Notes: generated by a model from the letters alone, not told the origin. A DNA stretch of 64,000 bases from an uncultured Armatimonadetes bacterium (GCA_963717145.1 OY970325.1:32001-96000); one strand, 5' to 3'; shown: positions 10,325-21,894, counted from the stretch's first letter. Numbers and translations are program-made.

Positions 10325-11302
10325 ATGAAACACGTGCTGGATTTCGAGAAGCCCATCGTGGAGCTGGAGCACAAGCTGGAGGAGCTGAGGAAGCATCCGG
10401 AAGCCCATGCCATGGACATCAGCATCGTGGAAGAGATCCAGCGGATTGAGGAGAAGATCGCCGAAACCCGCAAGCAGGTGTTCGAAAACCTGAGCGCCTG
10501 GCAGCGGGTGCAACTGGCCCGGCATCCCAAGCGGCCCTATACCATGGACTATCTCGAAAGGGCCTTCACCGGGTTCGAGGAGTTCCACGGCGACCGCCTG
10601 TTTGCGGAGGACCGGGCGGTGGTGGGCGGGTTCGCCAAGCTGGGGGAGCATCGGGTGATGGTCGTCGGCACCCAGAAGGGGCGCGATACCAAGGAGAACA
10701 TCCGGCGCAACTTTGGCTCCGCCCACCCGGAAGGGTATCGCAAGGCGCTCCGACTCATGCGGATGGCGGACAAGTTCAAGCTCCCCATCATCACGCTGAT
10801 TGACACGGCGGGGGCGTATCCTGGAATCGGGGCCGAAGAGCGGCACATTGCCGAGGCCATCGCTGTCAACCTGAGGGAGATGATGCTCTTTGAAGTGCCC
10901 ATCATCGCTGCCGTGCTGGGGGAGGGGGGTTCCGGGGGCGCCCTGGGCATCGGGGTGGCCGACCGCGTGCTCCTCCTGGAGAACGCTTACTATTCGGTGA
11001 TCAGCCCGGAAGGTTGCGCGGCGATTCTTTGGAAGGACCGATCGGCGGCGCCCAAAGCCGCCGAGGCGCTCAAGATCACCGCCAAGGATCTGTTCGAGCT
11101 GGGGCTGGCCGACGAGATTGTTCCCGAACCCCTCGGAGGGGCGCATAACGATCCGGCGGTCACTGCGGAAAATCTCAAGCGGAGCCTGCTGCAGAATCTC
11201 GAAGCCATGCTGAAGCTCACGGCGCCGGAGCGGCTGAAACAGCGCTACGCCAAGTTTCGGGCTTACGGCCATTTCACGGAGAAGCAGCCCGTGGCTGCTT
11301 AG
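10325..11302 (+). CDS. accA: Acetyl-CoA carboxylase carboxyltransferase alpha subunit
   Basis: LDFEKPI, ARHPKRP, PEGYRKALRLM, GEGGSGGAL and YSVISPEGCAAILW motifs. Confidence 0.97.
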   Translation: MKHVLDFEKPIVELEHKLEELRKHPEAHAMDISIVEEIQRIEEKIAETRKQVFENLSAWQRVQLARHPKRPYTMDYLERAFTGFEEFHGDRLFAEDRAVVGGFAKLGEHRVMVVGTQKGRDTKENIRRNFGSAHPEGYRKALRLMRMADKFKLPIITLIDTAGAYPGIGAEERHIAEAIAVNLREMMLFEVPIIAAVLGEGGSGGALGIGVADRVLLLENAYYSVISPEGCAAILWKDRSAAPKAAEALKITAKDLFELGLADEIVPEPLGGAHNDPAVTAENLKRSLLQNLEAMLKLTAPERLKQRYAKFRAYGHFTEKQPVAA

Positions 11303-11545
11303 CCTCCCTTCTTTTTCTCTTCAAGTAACGGCTTGGGATGCCGATGGTTCTAACCAGCGCGCCCGGCGAGAGGGGGTGTGCAGGTTGATCCGGGCTCCTG
11401 CCTCCTTCACTGGACCCCCTCTCGCTGCTCTTTCCGAACGGTTTGCCGCAATCCCGCCCTTGCCGGGGACCCCACCATCTGCTCTTCTACCGGAAGGCAC
11501 GATGCGGCCGCGCGGACCCGCGCCGCCCGTGAAAGACGAGGTGTA

Positions 11546-12106
11546 ATGATGACACGTGACCAGGCCTGGCTTCTGTTGAACGAGTTCACTCGCTCAGAAT
11601 CGCTGATCAAACACGCCCTGGCGGTCGAGGCCGCCATGCGGCACTACGCGGCGGTCTTCCAGGCCGATGTCGCGCTCTGGGGCGTGGTCGGATTGATTCA
11701 TGACTTCGACTACGAGCGGTGGCCGGAGCCGCCGGCCCACACCCGCGAAGGCGCTCGGATTCTCCGCGAGCGGGGTGTCGATGAGGAGATCGTCGGCGCC
11801 GTGCTTTCTCACGCCGAGTGGAACCAGGGGGAATATCCGCTGGATCGGCCGTTGCGGACGGCGCTGTATGCCGTGGACGAGCTCTGCGGCTTTGTCACCG
11901 CGGTGGCCTATGTTCGCCCTGAAAAACTGACGGGCATGACCGCCTCCAGCGTCCGCAAAAAGATGAAGCAGAAATCCTTCGCCGCCGCAGTCAGCCGCGA
12001 GGACATTGCTAGAGGCGCAGAACTGCTTGGCCTGCCGCTGGACGCGCATATCAACCACGTCATCGCGGCTATGCAGGGTGCGGCCGGTCCGCTGGGCTTT
12101 GCCTGA
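11546..12106 (+). CDS. HD-domain (HDIG-type) metal-dependent hydrolase
   Basis: KHALAVEAAM, GLIHDFDYE and AVDELCGF motifs. Confidence 0.9.
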   Translation: MMTRDQAWLLLNEFTRSESLIKHALAVEAAMRHYAAVFQADVALWGVVGLIHDFDYERWPEPPAHTREGARILRERGVDEEIVGAVLSHAEWNQGEYPLDRPLRTALYAVDELCGFVTAVAYVRPEKLTGMTASSVRKKMKQKSFAAAVSREDIARGAELLGLPLDAHINHVIAAMQGAAGPLGFA

Positions 12107-12205
12107 GCCGCCCGCGGAAAGTCGGAGGCTGGATGGGGAGTAACCGCGAAATTCACCAAATACACGAAAGGAACACGGATTCCTCAACCCAGATGAACAG
12201 GTGTT

Positions 12206-12370
12206 CACGGACCTTGTTGCTGAGGTGGTAGGGCGCGACCGCCGGGCGCGCCGTAGAGGGAGGGAAAGAAGAGGGCGCGGCCGGCCCGGCGGTCCGGCCC
12301 TACCGGGGTGGCGGCGCTCTACCGAGACGCCGCTACGAGCCCCGTAGCGGCTTTCGGAAGAAAGCCGCCG
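12206..12370. repeat. REP-like cluster
   Basis: GTAG element at 12227-12304 plus two GTAGCGGC-type hairpins at 12311-12337 and 12343-12370. Confidence 0.75.
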
Positions 12371-12606
12371 TCTTCCCATTCTGAAGCGGGTCGTGCGACA
12401 GGCCAGGATCCCTTGACTGCCCGACGCAGACCACCTCCTTCAGAAAGCGCGGTTGGTCCCTTGATGGAGAGGCGGCTGGGTGCTGGGTGGCTGGCTGTTT
12501 TTCGTGTGCGGCGCGGAATTGGTTGACTGGTGTGGGTGGGATTGCCAGTGTGCCGTGTGTGAAGACTCCTTGGACAGAAACCCATCTGACACGGGCAGGG
12601 CGAGGA

Positions 12607-13487
12607 TGCAGGTTATGTTAAGGGAATGTTCTCTACGGGAGATGGTGGAATTCTTGGTGAAGAGGAAGGTGCCACCTGAGGTGGTAGGCGGTGTTCTGGC
12701 GGAGTTCGGGAACGGGACTGGGCTGTCTATTGAGGGTTTCCGGACTCCGGATGATCGCCGGTTCTTCGTTGTTGATGGCCGGGGTGGGCCTCCGTCGTAC
12801 GTTTTGGTTTATCCCGCTTGTCGAGCCCGGTATTACGAACATCACACGGTGCCGCCTGACGCCTTCTGCCGAGGCGGGGTGGTTGCAGATTTTGGAGCTT
12901 CTGTGGGTTTACGAGGCGCGCTAGTTGATGGCGGATACCTCTCGCCGCGTTTTACTATACGGTGCGCGGGTGATGCCTTTGTTGCCGGCGTGGTGGGGGG
13001 AGCATCTTCTGCAGTAATCAAGGCTGGGTGGTCTTTTGTTTTGCAGGCTCCCAATTGCGAAATTCTGAGAGAGGATGAATTCTCGAAGCAGGTTCCGCAC
13101 TACTGCGTATTGGGGCCAACGTGGTACCGCCTTCTGGTGAGGCTGGAGATTGATCCAACATACGACCTTCCGGTCGTTGGGTTTGGTGAAGGGGGCCTGA
13201 CCTTCAACTTTCTACGGGACGTGAAACGCATTGCTGGAGTGTGCCGAGTCGGAGGGAGGTCAACTGTTGAAATCACGCTGGATGACGGCGTTGTCTATTA
13301 TCTCGACCGGGCCGAAGCTGCGGGCAAATACGCCTTGGTTAAGGAGGGTACCTGGAAGGCAACGCATGAACGGAAGTGCCAACAGCCGGCCGAAGCTGGT
13401 GGCCCGTTCTACGGGGATGCGCTGGAACCCTATAGCCGGCCGATCCACAGACCTCACCGGCGGCGGCCAAGCGAATGGACTGGTTAA
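12607..13487 (+). CDS. Hypothetical protein with atypical (T-ending-rich) codon usage; start uncertain
   Basis: Open frame 12480-13487 in a visibly less GC-rich stretch; no recognisable motif. Confidence 0.5.
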
Positions 13488-13669
13488 CTCGGCTGCTGGC
13501 GCGCGGGATGTAGCCGACGGGCTCGGCATCCCCGGCGCCAACGTAAACATGCCACACGGGGATGTCTTGACTATTCCTGAGGGGCGGCGAGCGGTCTGGG
13601 GGCAGGCGAGTGAGAGCGAGGGCTTGAAACAGTTCTTCTAAACGGCCTGGCGTGCGCGTACCGTGCGGC

Positions 13670-14830
13670 ATGGCTTTGACACGATGTGGAGCGAAGAATC
13701 CGGCGGCGGTGGCGCTGGGGCGGCTGGGCGGCTCGAAGGGCGGGAAAGCGCGGGCGGCGAGGCTGTCGGCGGCGAAGCATTGCGACAACCGTCTGAAACA
13801 CGAAGGGAAGGAAGCGCCGCTGCTGTCGCAAGTGCGGGATTTAATCCTCGCAGCACGCCAGACGGTAGCGCGAGGCGTGAATGCCGCCCTGGTCATCCTC
13901 TACTGGAAAGTTGGCGACCGGATCCGCAAGGACATCTTGAAAGAGAGACGGGCTGACTACGGTGACGAGATCGTCGTGACACTGTCACGACAATTGACGG
14001 TGGAATTCGGACGCGGATTTGCCGAAAAGAATCTGCGGCGAATGGTGCAGTTTGCCGAGGTTTTTGGGGAGGAGCAAATTGTCGCGACGCTGTCACGACA
14101 ATTGGGCTGGTCTCACTTCGTGGAACTGTTACCTCTCAAGAAGCACCTGCAAAGGGACTTTTACGCGGAGATGTGCCGGGTGGAGGGCTGGAGCGTCAGG
14201 ATGCTGCGCAAAAAGATTGCGGGGATGCTCTACGAACGAACCGCACTGTCCAGGAAGCCCGCTAAAGTAGCTGAGATGGAACTGGCGCAATTGCGGGCCG
14301 AGGACAAGCTGACACCGGACCTGGTGTTCCGTGATCCGTATTTCTTGGATTTCCTGGGGTTGAAGGGGGCGTATTCGGAAAAAGACTTGGAAACAGGCAT
14401 TTTGCGGGAACTCGAAGCGTTCCTTGTGGAACTGGGGGGTGACTTTGCGTTCCTGGCTCGGCAGAAGCGCATCGTGGTGGACGGAGAGGATTTCTACCTT
14501 GACCTTCTGTTTTATCACCGACGGTTGCGGCGGTTGGTGGTGATTGACCTCAAGTTGGGCAGGTTTGATCCAGGCGACGTGGGGCAGATGGAATTCTATC
14601 TGCGGTGGATCAAGAAGCACGAGATGCGCCCGGGCGAGGCGGACCCCTTGGGGTTGATCTTATGCGCCGAAAAGTCGGACGAACGGATTGAGGTGTTTGA
14701 ACTGGCGGCCCGTGGCATTCGGGTGGCGGAGTATTTGACCGAACTGCCGCCAAAGAAGGTGCTGGAGGCCAAACTCCATGAGGCGGTGCGGGTGGCACAC
14801 GCTCGACTGGAAGAACGGGGCCGGAAGTGA
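13670..14830 (+). CDS. DUF1016/YhcG-family PD-(D/E)XK nuclease-domain protein with an N-terminal KGG-like extension
   Basis: LYWKVG, LGWSHF, RDPYFLDFLGL, FLARQKRI, DLLFYHRRLRRLVVIDLK and GQMEFYL motifs. Confidence 0.9.
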   Translation: MALTRCGAKNPAAVALGRLGGSKGGKARAARLSAAKHCDNRLKHEGKEAPLLSQVRDLILAARQTVARGVNAALVILYWKVGDRIRKDILKERRADYGDEIVVTLSRQLTVEFGRGFAEKNLRRMVQFAEVFGEEQIVATLSRQLGWSHFVELLPLKKHLQRDFYAEMCRVEGWSVRMLRKKIAGMLYERTALSRKPAKVAEMELAQLRAEDKLTPDLVFRDPYFLDFLGLKGAYSEKDLETGILRELEAFLVELGGDFAFLARQKRIVVDGEDFYLDLLFYHRRLRRLVVIDLKLGRFDPGDVGQMEFYLRWIKKHEMRPGEADPLGLILCAEKSDERIEVFELAARGIRVAEYLTELPPKKVLEAKLHEAVRVAHARLEERGRK

Positions 14831-15040
14831 TTCCTTGGAGAGGCCGGAAATGGATCTTCTCTAGCTGGCGCGTGGCTTGCCGGTCGCGCCGGATGTTCCT
14901 GGCGATCTTGCGCTGCCGATAGGTGCGGTTGTCGCGTGGCATTCGAAGGTGCCACGGGCAGCCGCGCCAGAAGCAGCCATACTCGAAGATGCCGAGGCGT
15001 TCGTACCGGACCACGAAATCGGGCTTGGATGGGGATTAAC

Positions 15041-15157
15041 CACGGACCGTGTCGCTGCGGTGGTAGGGCGCGACCGCCGGGCGCGCCGCCCCATAACCGA
15101 CCGGCCCGGCGGTCCGGCCCTACCGGGGTGACGGCGTTCTGCCGAGGCGCCGCTACG
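15041..15157. repeat. REP-like cluster, direct repeat of 12206-12337
   Basis: CACGGACC.TGT.GCTG.GGTGGTAGGGCGCGACCGCCGGGCGCGCCG...GGTCCGGCCCTACCGGGGTG...CGCCGCTACG is shared by both copies. Confidence 0.75.
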
Positions 15158-15187
15158 GAGGCATGGGGGAGTTGGCAGGAGGTCGGC

Positions 15188-17668
15188 CTATCGCGGCGCG
15201 TCAGCGCGGATCATGCGGAGGCCGAAGAGGGCGCCAATCTCGTTGCCCTGGGTGGCCTGGAACTTGACGGTCACCTTCTGTTTGCCCTTCACGGCTTCGG
15301 CGGGCACGGGGTATTCGACGTCGAAGAACCGCATGGGACCGCGGCGTTCGATGGTCTGCTCGCCCACGCGAACCCCGTCCACGAGGATTTCAAAGGTGCG
15401 CTCCTGCCACTCGTCGTGGTTGTACGTGACGACCAGCGCCATCGGATGGGCCGGATCCACTGGCAGGTCGAAGGAGAACCATTTGGAACCGCGGCGGCCG
15501 GCCCGGCCCAGGACGCGGACAGGTTCGGTGCTTTCGCCCTGCATGTTGGCGTCGCGCTCGGCCTGCATCTCGCCCGGTTGGGCAGAAGCCGACGGTGGCG
15601 GCTTCGAGCTTGCGCTGTCTCTCCCGTTCGGCGGCAATTTCGGCCGCTCGCTTGTCCCATTCCTGGAGCGTGAACAGGTCCCAATAGACCGCGTAGGTGC
15701 GGCGGTGCAGACGGTAGAACGGCACGAAATCCACGTCGCGATCCTTCCCCACACCCTCGGTGCGGAACGCGCCCGGCTTGTCCGGGACCGGCTTGAGCCA
15801 GTCAGCCACGGGCCGTTCCGCGCCGAGGAACACCGGCACATCGTCGAAGCTGCTCTGCCCGTCCCCTCCGCCCACGGCGTTCTCCTTCGGGACCCAGGTC
15901 CCCGGCCAGCACCAGCGGTCCCCAGAGGAGGGCCACGCGGCGGGGATTGTCCGGCAGCGGCTCCAGCCGGAGGGTCTTGGGCAGCGTGAGGGCGATGGTG
16001 TCGCCGCTCTTCCAGGTGCGCTTGAGCTCGACGTACGAGCTGGCCTTGGGCAGCGGAGGGTAGGGCACTCCGCGCGGCTGCTGACGGTCTCAGAGCGCGG
16101 CGCTGCCAGGAGTTCCGGCGCCACCGCTTCGCCGTTGACCTTGACGGAGAAGTTCGTGCCCACCCAGAACGGGCGGCGGAGGGCAATTGTGAATTCTTTC
16201 GGGCGTGCGACCGTGAGCCGGAGCGTGGCCGATTCGCCTTCGGGGAAATCGGTCTCCATGCTGAGCTTGACTCCGGCGGCGGCCCACTCGGCGGTGGAGG
16301 GCGCGTAGAGGTTCACCCAGAGCTTGTCGCCGGATTCGTAGTAGATGCCGTCGCCGTGCAGGGCGTGGCTTTCCATGCTGGAGCCGACGCAGCAGGTGAA
16401 GCCGCCGTCGAGCATGTTGCGCTCGTATTCGTGCTGCACGCCGCGGCCGACCGGCACCATGTAGCAGGCCCAGCCGTCCTGCGGGTCCAGGGAGGCCAGG
16501 ATGTGGTTGAAGAGGGCGCGCTCGTGGAAATCGGCGTAGTGGGCGTCGGGCCGCAGGGCGAACATCAGGCGGGTCATCTTGAGCATGTTATAGACGTTGC
16601 ACGTCTCGGCGGTGCGGCCGTCCACGCGGTCGCTCAGCTTGTCCGGTTCGCCGAAGTACTCGTCCTTGCCGTGGCCGCCGGTGGCGTAGCTGTGGTGCTG
16701 GACCACCCGGTCCCAGAAGAAGCGCGGCCGCATAGCCGTCGCCCGGATCGCCCACATAGGCGAAGCGGGCCAGGGAGCCGATCATCTTCGGCACCTGGGT
16801 GTTGCCGTGCTTGCCGCCGAGGTTGTCCTGGTGGCGCTTGAGCGGCTCGGTGAAGGCGCGATGCTCGAACTTGTAGGAGAGATCCAGCCAGCGTTTGTCG
16901 CCGGTGTCGGCGTAGAGATCGGCGAAGATCTCGTTCATGCCGCCGAACTCGGTGTTGAGCATGCGCTGGATCTGGGCGTCGCTCATTCGGGCCAGAATGC
17001 CCTCGGCCCAGGCGGCGAACTTGATTTCGAGCTCGAGCGCGGTCCTGTTGCCGGTGAAACGGTAGGCATCGCGCAGGCCGGCGTAGGTCTTGTGCAGCGT
17101 GTACCACGGCGACCACATGCCGTTGAGGTCGAAACCGCCGGAGCGGATGTCGCCCTGGGAGACCTGCTCGAAGAGGGCGGCCGCCGTCCGTGCCCTTCTG
17201 ATCCGTGATGGCGCCCAGGTAGCCGTTGCCGCGTTTGTCCTGCACTTCCTTCAGCTCCTTCACCAGGTAGTCGGCGCGCTCCTTGAATCGCGCATCGCCC
17301 GTGGCGACATACATCAGGCTCACGGCGGAGAGGTAATGGCCGCCAATATGGCCGGTGAGTTGCTTGCCGTTGACCGAATCCCAGCCGCCGTAGCCCTTGG
17401 CCTTGGGCTCGAGCCCGGCGCGCAGGCGGTAGCCGGCCAGCATGCGATCCGGCTCCAGGGCGAGCAGGTACTTCGCGTCGAGGTCCTGGGCGTTCTTGAG
17501 CGGGCCGCCGGTGAGGCGGACCGCCGCCAGGGGCAGGGGACGCGCGGCCTCCGGGATAACGGGAGCGACCGGCGCGGCGCCGGCCAGGGACGCGGCCGGG
17601 GCGGAGACGAAAGCCGGCGCAACGACCAGCCACGCGGGGAAGAACTGTCGCAAGAAACGGAGCTTCAT
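15188..17668 (-). CDS. GH127/GH146 beta-L-arabinofuranosidase-like protein with C-terminal DUF6805-like domain (several frameshifts)
   Basis: Pieces in successive frames: GHIGGHYLSA, PWYTLHK, EFGGMNE, HGNTQVPK, ETCNVYNMLK, FTCCVGS, VPFYRLHRRTYAVYW. Confidence 0.85.
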
Positions 17669-17693
17669 GGCGGAGAAGGGTAGCGGGGTGTCC

Positions 17694-18827
17694 TTACCGG
17701 CCGAGTGGCTTGCTCGTGATGAGACCGATGCCGCGCCCGCCTGTGGCGTCGTTCGCTCCGGGCACGGCGTTATAGAACATGTAGAGCGTGTCATTCCGTG
17801 GGTTATGGACCAGCGAGATCTTGTGGGCGTATTGCCGGTCCAGCCCGCTGGGGTTGCCGCCGGCCTTGTAGAGCGGCTCCGGGTGTGCGGTCCAGTGCAG
17901 TAGGTCGCGCGAGAACGCGACCATGATGTGCGCGCCGCCGCGGCCCACCCCGAAGTAGAACATGGTCCAGTGGTCGTCGTCGCGGAACACCTTGCCGTCG
18001 GAGCAGAAATTGGCATCGTAGCCGCCCGGGCGATTGCGCACCACCGGGTTGGCTGGGTAGCGCTTCCACTCGAGCAAGTCCGAGGAGAACGCCACGCCCA
18101 ACTGCTCGATGCTGCCGTGGGCGGCGTTGTAAAAGTTGAAGAAGCGCCCGCCGTGCTCGATCAGCCACGGCTGGTAGATGCAGTCCTTCTCCCAGCCGCC
18201 GCAGTCCGCATCGAAGACCGACAGGATGGGCTGGTTCCTGGCCCGCCGCCAGGCCAGGCCGTCGTCGCTTACGGCCACCCCTTCGTAGCCCGGCCGCAGC
18301 TCGTAACCGCCCTGGCGCGGATAGGCGCCGTAGAGCGTCCAGAACCTGCCCTCGCGCTTCTTGAGCCGCCGCGGGGCCCGGATGTCGTAGCTCTCGTAAA
18401 GATACGCTCCCACGACGCAGCCGCCGTGATCGAATTCGTTGGTGGGGCCATAGCCCATGGCCAGCCGGTAATTCCCCCAGTGCATCAGGTCGTCGCTCTC
18501 GCAAACGAAGGACTGATAGCCCCGCCCGTCGAAACCGATGAAGCTCATGAAGTACTTGTCGCGGCCGGGCACCTGGTAAACCGTGGGGACGTCGGTGCCC
18601 AGCAAGTTGGTGACGGGGCCGATGGCGGGGCGCGCCGGCACCACGTGATCGGGCCAGTAGTGCCACCCGCGGTAAGGAGCCGACCATCGGTCTAGCGTGG
18701 GGCCGTCGATGGCGTCGGCCGCGGGGGCCGCGGCTTCCGGGATGACCGGCTGTATGGCGGGCTCACCCCGAGAGTTCACGACCGACAGTGTGCCCAGGAC
18801 CAGCGCAAGGCAGAGACGATTCTTCAT
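17694..18827 (-). CDS. Secreted five-bladed beta-propeller glycosidase-like protein (GH32/43/130 type fold)
   Basis: Signal peptide MKNRLCLALVLG; repeated SDDLxxW/SxDLLxW blades; start overlaps the upstream stop (ATGA). Confidence 0.75.
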   Translation of the reverse strand: MKNRLCLALVLGTLSVVNSRGEPAIQPVIPEAAAPAADAIDGPTLDRWSAPYRGWHYWPDHVVPARPAIGPVTNLLGTDVPTVYQVPGRDKYFMSFIGFDGRGYQSFVCESDDLMHWGNYRLAMGYGPTNEFDHGGCVVGAYLYESYDIRAPRRLKKREGRFWTLYGAYPRQGGYELRPGYEGVAVSDDGLAWRRARNQPILSVFDADCGGWEKDCIYQPWLIEHGGRFFNFYNAAHGSIEQLGVAFSSDLLEWKRYPANPVVRNRPGGYDANFCSDGKVFRDDDHWTMFYFGVGRGGAHIMVAFSRDLLHWTAHPEPLYKAGGNPSGLDRQYAHKISLVHNPRNDTLYMFYNAVPGANDATGGRGIGLITSKPLGR

Positions 18828-21477
18828 TGCGCCTTGATCCAGACCATGGAACGGCCGCCGCGATTGAGGCGGGCGTAGTTGGGAATGGCGAGCAGCGGCT
18901 TGCCATCCGTGAATTCCCCCTTGATGACCAGCACGCCACCCAGCAGGTCCGGGCGCCACTCGGTGGAGAGCGGGGCGGTCGGGCTGAGCGCGGAGTCCAG
19001 GTTCTGGTCCACGCTTTCGACGTTGTAGATCAGCGGCCCGTAGCGCAAGGCCACGCGGCCGCGCGTGGCCGCGATCCGGTCGCTTGCCTTGATCCTCTGC
19101 ACTTGCATTGGGACTTCCCACTCGACCACATCGCCGGCCTTCCAGGTGCGGTTGAGCACGGCGTAGCCTTTCTCCAGGATGGGCCGGACGGGACTTGCCG
19201 TTTACCGCGAGCGACGTCAGACCCTTGACCTCGGGCGTGTTGGTGTAGAGTTCGCTGGTCTGGCGGTCGGGCACGCGAATCTTGAGCGCGAACCGCTTCG
19301 AGGCCGCCGGGTTGACCGTGAGCGATACCTTGCCGCTCCAGGGGTAGTCGGTGGTTTGCACCAGCTGCACCGATGTGCCGGCCACGTTGTCGAGGGTGAC
19401 GGTGCTGCCGACGAAGAGGTTCACATACACCTGTCCTTGCCTTTGGTGTACATCCACGTCGGCAGCATGAGGAGCGTGCGCGGGATGTTGCCCACGCAGC
19501 ACGGGCAGCCGTGCCATTTGTAGCGCTTGCCGGATGAGTCCAGGGGGTTGGTGTAGGTGAAGTTCTGCCCGTCGAGGTCCACGTCGCCGAGGATGGCGTT
19601 GTAGAGCGTCTCCTCGTAGAGGTCGGCGTAGCGCGCCTCCTGCCAGGTCATCTGGAGCTTGTGCTGGAAGAACAGTTCGCCGCAGTTGGCGCAGGATTCG
19701 CAGTAGGCGTTGTTCGGCAGCGAGTAGTCCTTGCCGAAGCCCTTCCGAGGTTTCGCCGCTGCCCACGCCGCCGGTCACGTAGTACTTGCGGTTGACGATG
19801 TTGTTCCAGAGCGACAGCACGGCGCTGTGGTAATCGACGTCGCCGGTCTCCATCGCGACGTCGGCCATGCCGGAATAGGAATAGACGGCGCGCACGGCGT
19901 GGCCGACCGCTTCGTACTGCTGGGTGACGGGCAGATGGCTCTGGTCGTATTCCTCGCCGTTCCGGCGCGAGTCGAGCAGGAACTTGGCCAGCTCGACATA
20001 CTTGCGGCCGCTGGCCCGGGCCTTCCTTGTCGTCGACGAACCGGCCGAAGCGGACCAGCGCCTGTTCGAGTTCCTGGTGGCCTTCATACCAGGCCCGCTT
20101 CGGGGCGGGGCCGATGTTGTTGACCCAGCAATCGGCCAGGCGCCGGGCCGCCTCGAGCATCCGCGGGTCCTTGCCGTCGGTCATCAGGTAGTGCGCGATG
20201 GCCGCCTCGATGAAGTAGCCGGCCTGGTAGCCTTCGTGGTCGTGCTTGTTGCTCCAGCGCTTGATGCCCTGGATGGTGTACATGGTGTGGAGGTAGCCGT
20301 CGGGCTCCTGGGCGCTGAGGAGCTTGGGAATCCAGTCCTCGAGCGTCTTGCGCATCAGGGCCTGCGCCGCCGCGATCTCCGCATCGCCCTGCGGATCGAC
20401 CAGCAGGGCCACGCACATGGACTCGACGGTGTTGTAGACCCAGGTGTTGGCGAAGACGGGCCCGGTGTGCTTCGCCGGCTGGCCGGCCAGCTTCTTGCCC
20501 GCCTGGACGAAGTTCTCGATCCCGCCCTCCCTGGTTTCGGATCCTCGATCTTGCGGATGCAGTGGGGAATCCAATTGACGATCAGGTTCTTCAGGCGCGC
20601 CCGCCAGAAAGGGCTGCTGACCTGGTAGGCTCGGGGCCAAACGAACTGAAGGTGCGGGCCGGGGGAGGGGGGGTGACGGTGACCTGGATCGTGTCTGAGG
20701 CGGTGGTGGCCCCATCGTTGGCCGTCAGCTTGAGAACGTATTCGCCCGGCTGGAGAACCGGGCGGTGGTCTCGGCCGCGTTGGCGTCGGCGAAGGTGACT
20801 TTGCCCGGGCCGGACTCCTTGCTCCATTGGACAGCGGGTGCCGGGCGTGGCTTGCCGTCGTCCTTCACCGCGCCGCTCAGGTAGGTCTGGCCGGAAATAA
20901 CCACGAACCGATCCACGCCCGCGCTGACCGCGGGCGGAAAGTTGGGCGACTTGCCGCTGTCATAGACCCTCCATTCCAGGACGCCGGTGGAGGCCCCGCC
21001 GTCCGAATCGAATTCGAGCCGAAGCCTGGTGGTGGTGACCTCGGCAAAGGTGGTGGTGTTGTAACGGTTGGCGGCCAGACCCAGGCCGGCCGGGTTGGCC
21101 ACCTCGACGAAGTTGGCGCCGTCCCAATACTTGAGCCGGCAGGCCTTGGGCAACCGCACGCCGCCGCGGTCGTCGAACCAATAGACATCGGTGCGCGCCA
21201 CACTGATCGGCTGGCTCCACTCGTACTGGACCCATTGGGTGCCGGTGCGGGGCCAGTTGCCGTAGGCGCCGTGGCTCTTGTCGTTGGAGTGCTCGGGGTC
21301 GTAGCCGTCGTTCAGCGCCGTGATGGTTTCGTGGCCGGAGACATAGGACGTTGACGACTTGGCCACCAGGGCCAGGTTGGCGCCGGCAGGGGGAGGCGTC
21401 TGGGCGGACACCCCGGCGGTGAGACACCAGGTGGTCAGCAGGGCGGTGAGGGAGCGATCCAATCGAATGGGCAGCAT
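18824..21477 (-). CDS. GH127 glycoside hydrolase with N-terminal discoidin/PKD-like domains (several frameshifts)
   Basis: HEGYQAGYFIEAA, GHQELEQAL, VGHAVRAVY, YYVTGGVGS, CPCCVGN, TDYPWSG and AIPNYARLNRG across frames. Confidence 0.85.
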
Positions 21478-21641
21478 AATTCAGTCAGTCGGCGCTTCGT
21501 TCAGCAACAGTTTGCAGCGATCCATTATCGTGTGTTTCTTAAGTATATTCCTCCCGCCCGGCTCTTGTCTTGTCCAAAATCGAAACTTTTCCTTGATTGT
21601 CGGCACGGGGCCGGACCGGCTGGCCCATCCACCGAGATCCG

Positions 21642-21894
21642 GGTCATGAAGAGCCTCCACGATTTCAGGAGCGCGCAATGGGCCCATGAACATCGGCGTA
21701 GCGGCGCTCGGCAGAGCGCCGGTGACTGGGCCTTGGCAGGAGATGGCGGCTCTCTGCCGAGAGCCGCTACGAGGTTACGGTTCATGGGCAGCCTCCATGA
21801 TTCCTTGAACGCGCGTTGCCACCATGAAGCGGGTAGGGCCGGACCGCCGGGCCGGCCGGTTCTGGGGAGGCGCGCCCGGCGGTCGCGCCCCACC
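21642..21894. repeat. Composite REP-like cluster
   Basis: Two TCATG...CCATGAA elements (21642-21691, 21779-21828), an inverted GTAGCGGC pair (21697-21771) and an inverted GTAG element (21832-21894). Confidence 0.75.

Noticed and set aside
13400-13641. Possible RHS-toxin tip remnant (NPI...TDLTG)
   Set aside because: The resemblance to the DPxG motif is weak and there are no YD repeats nearby.
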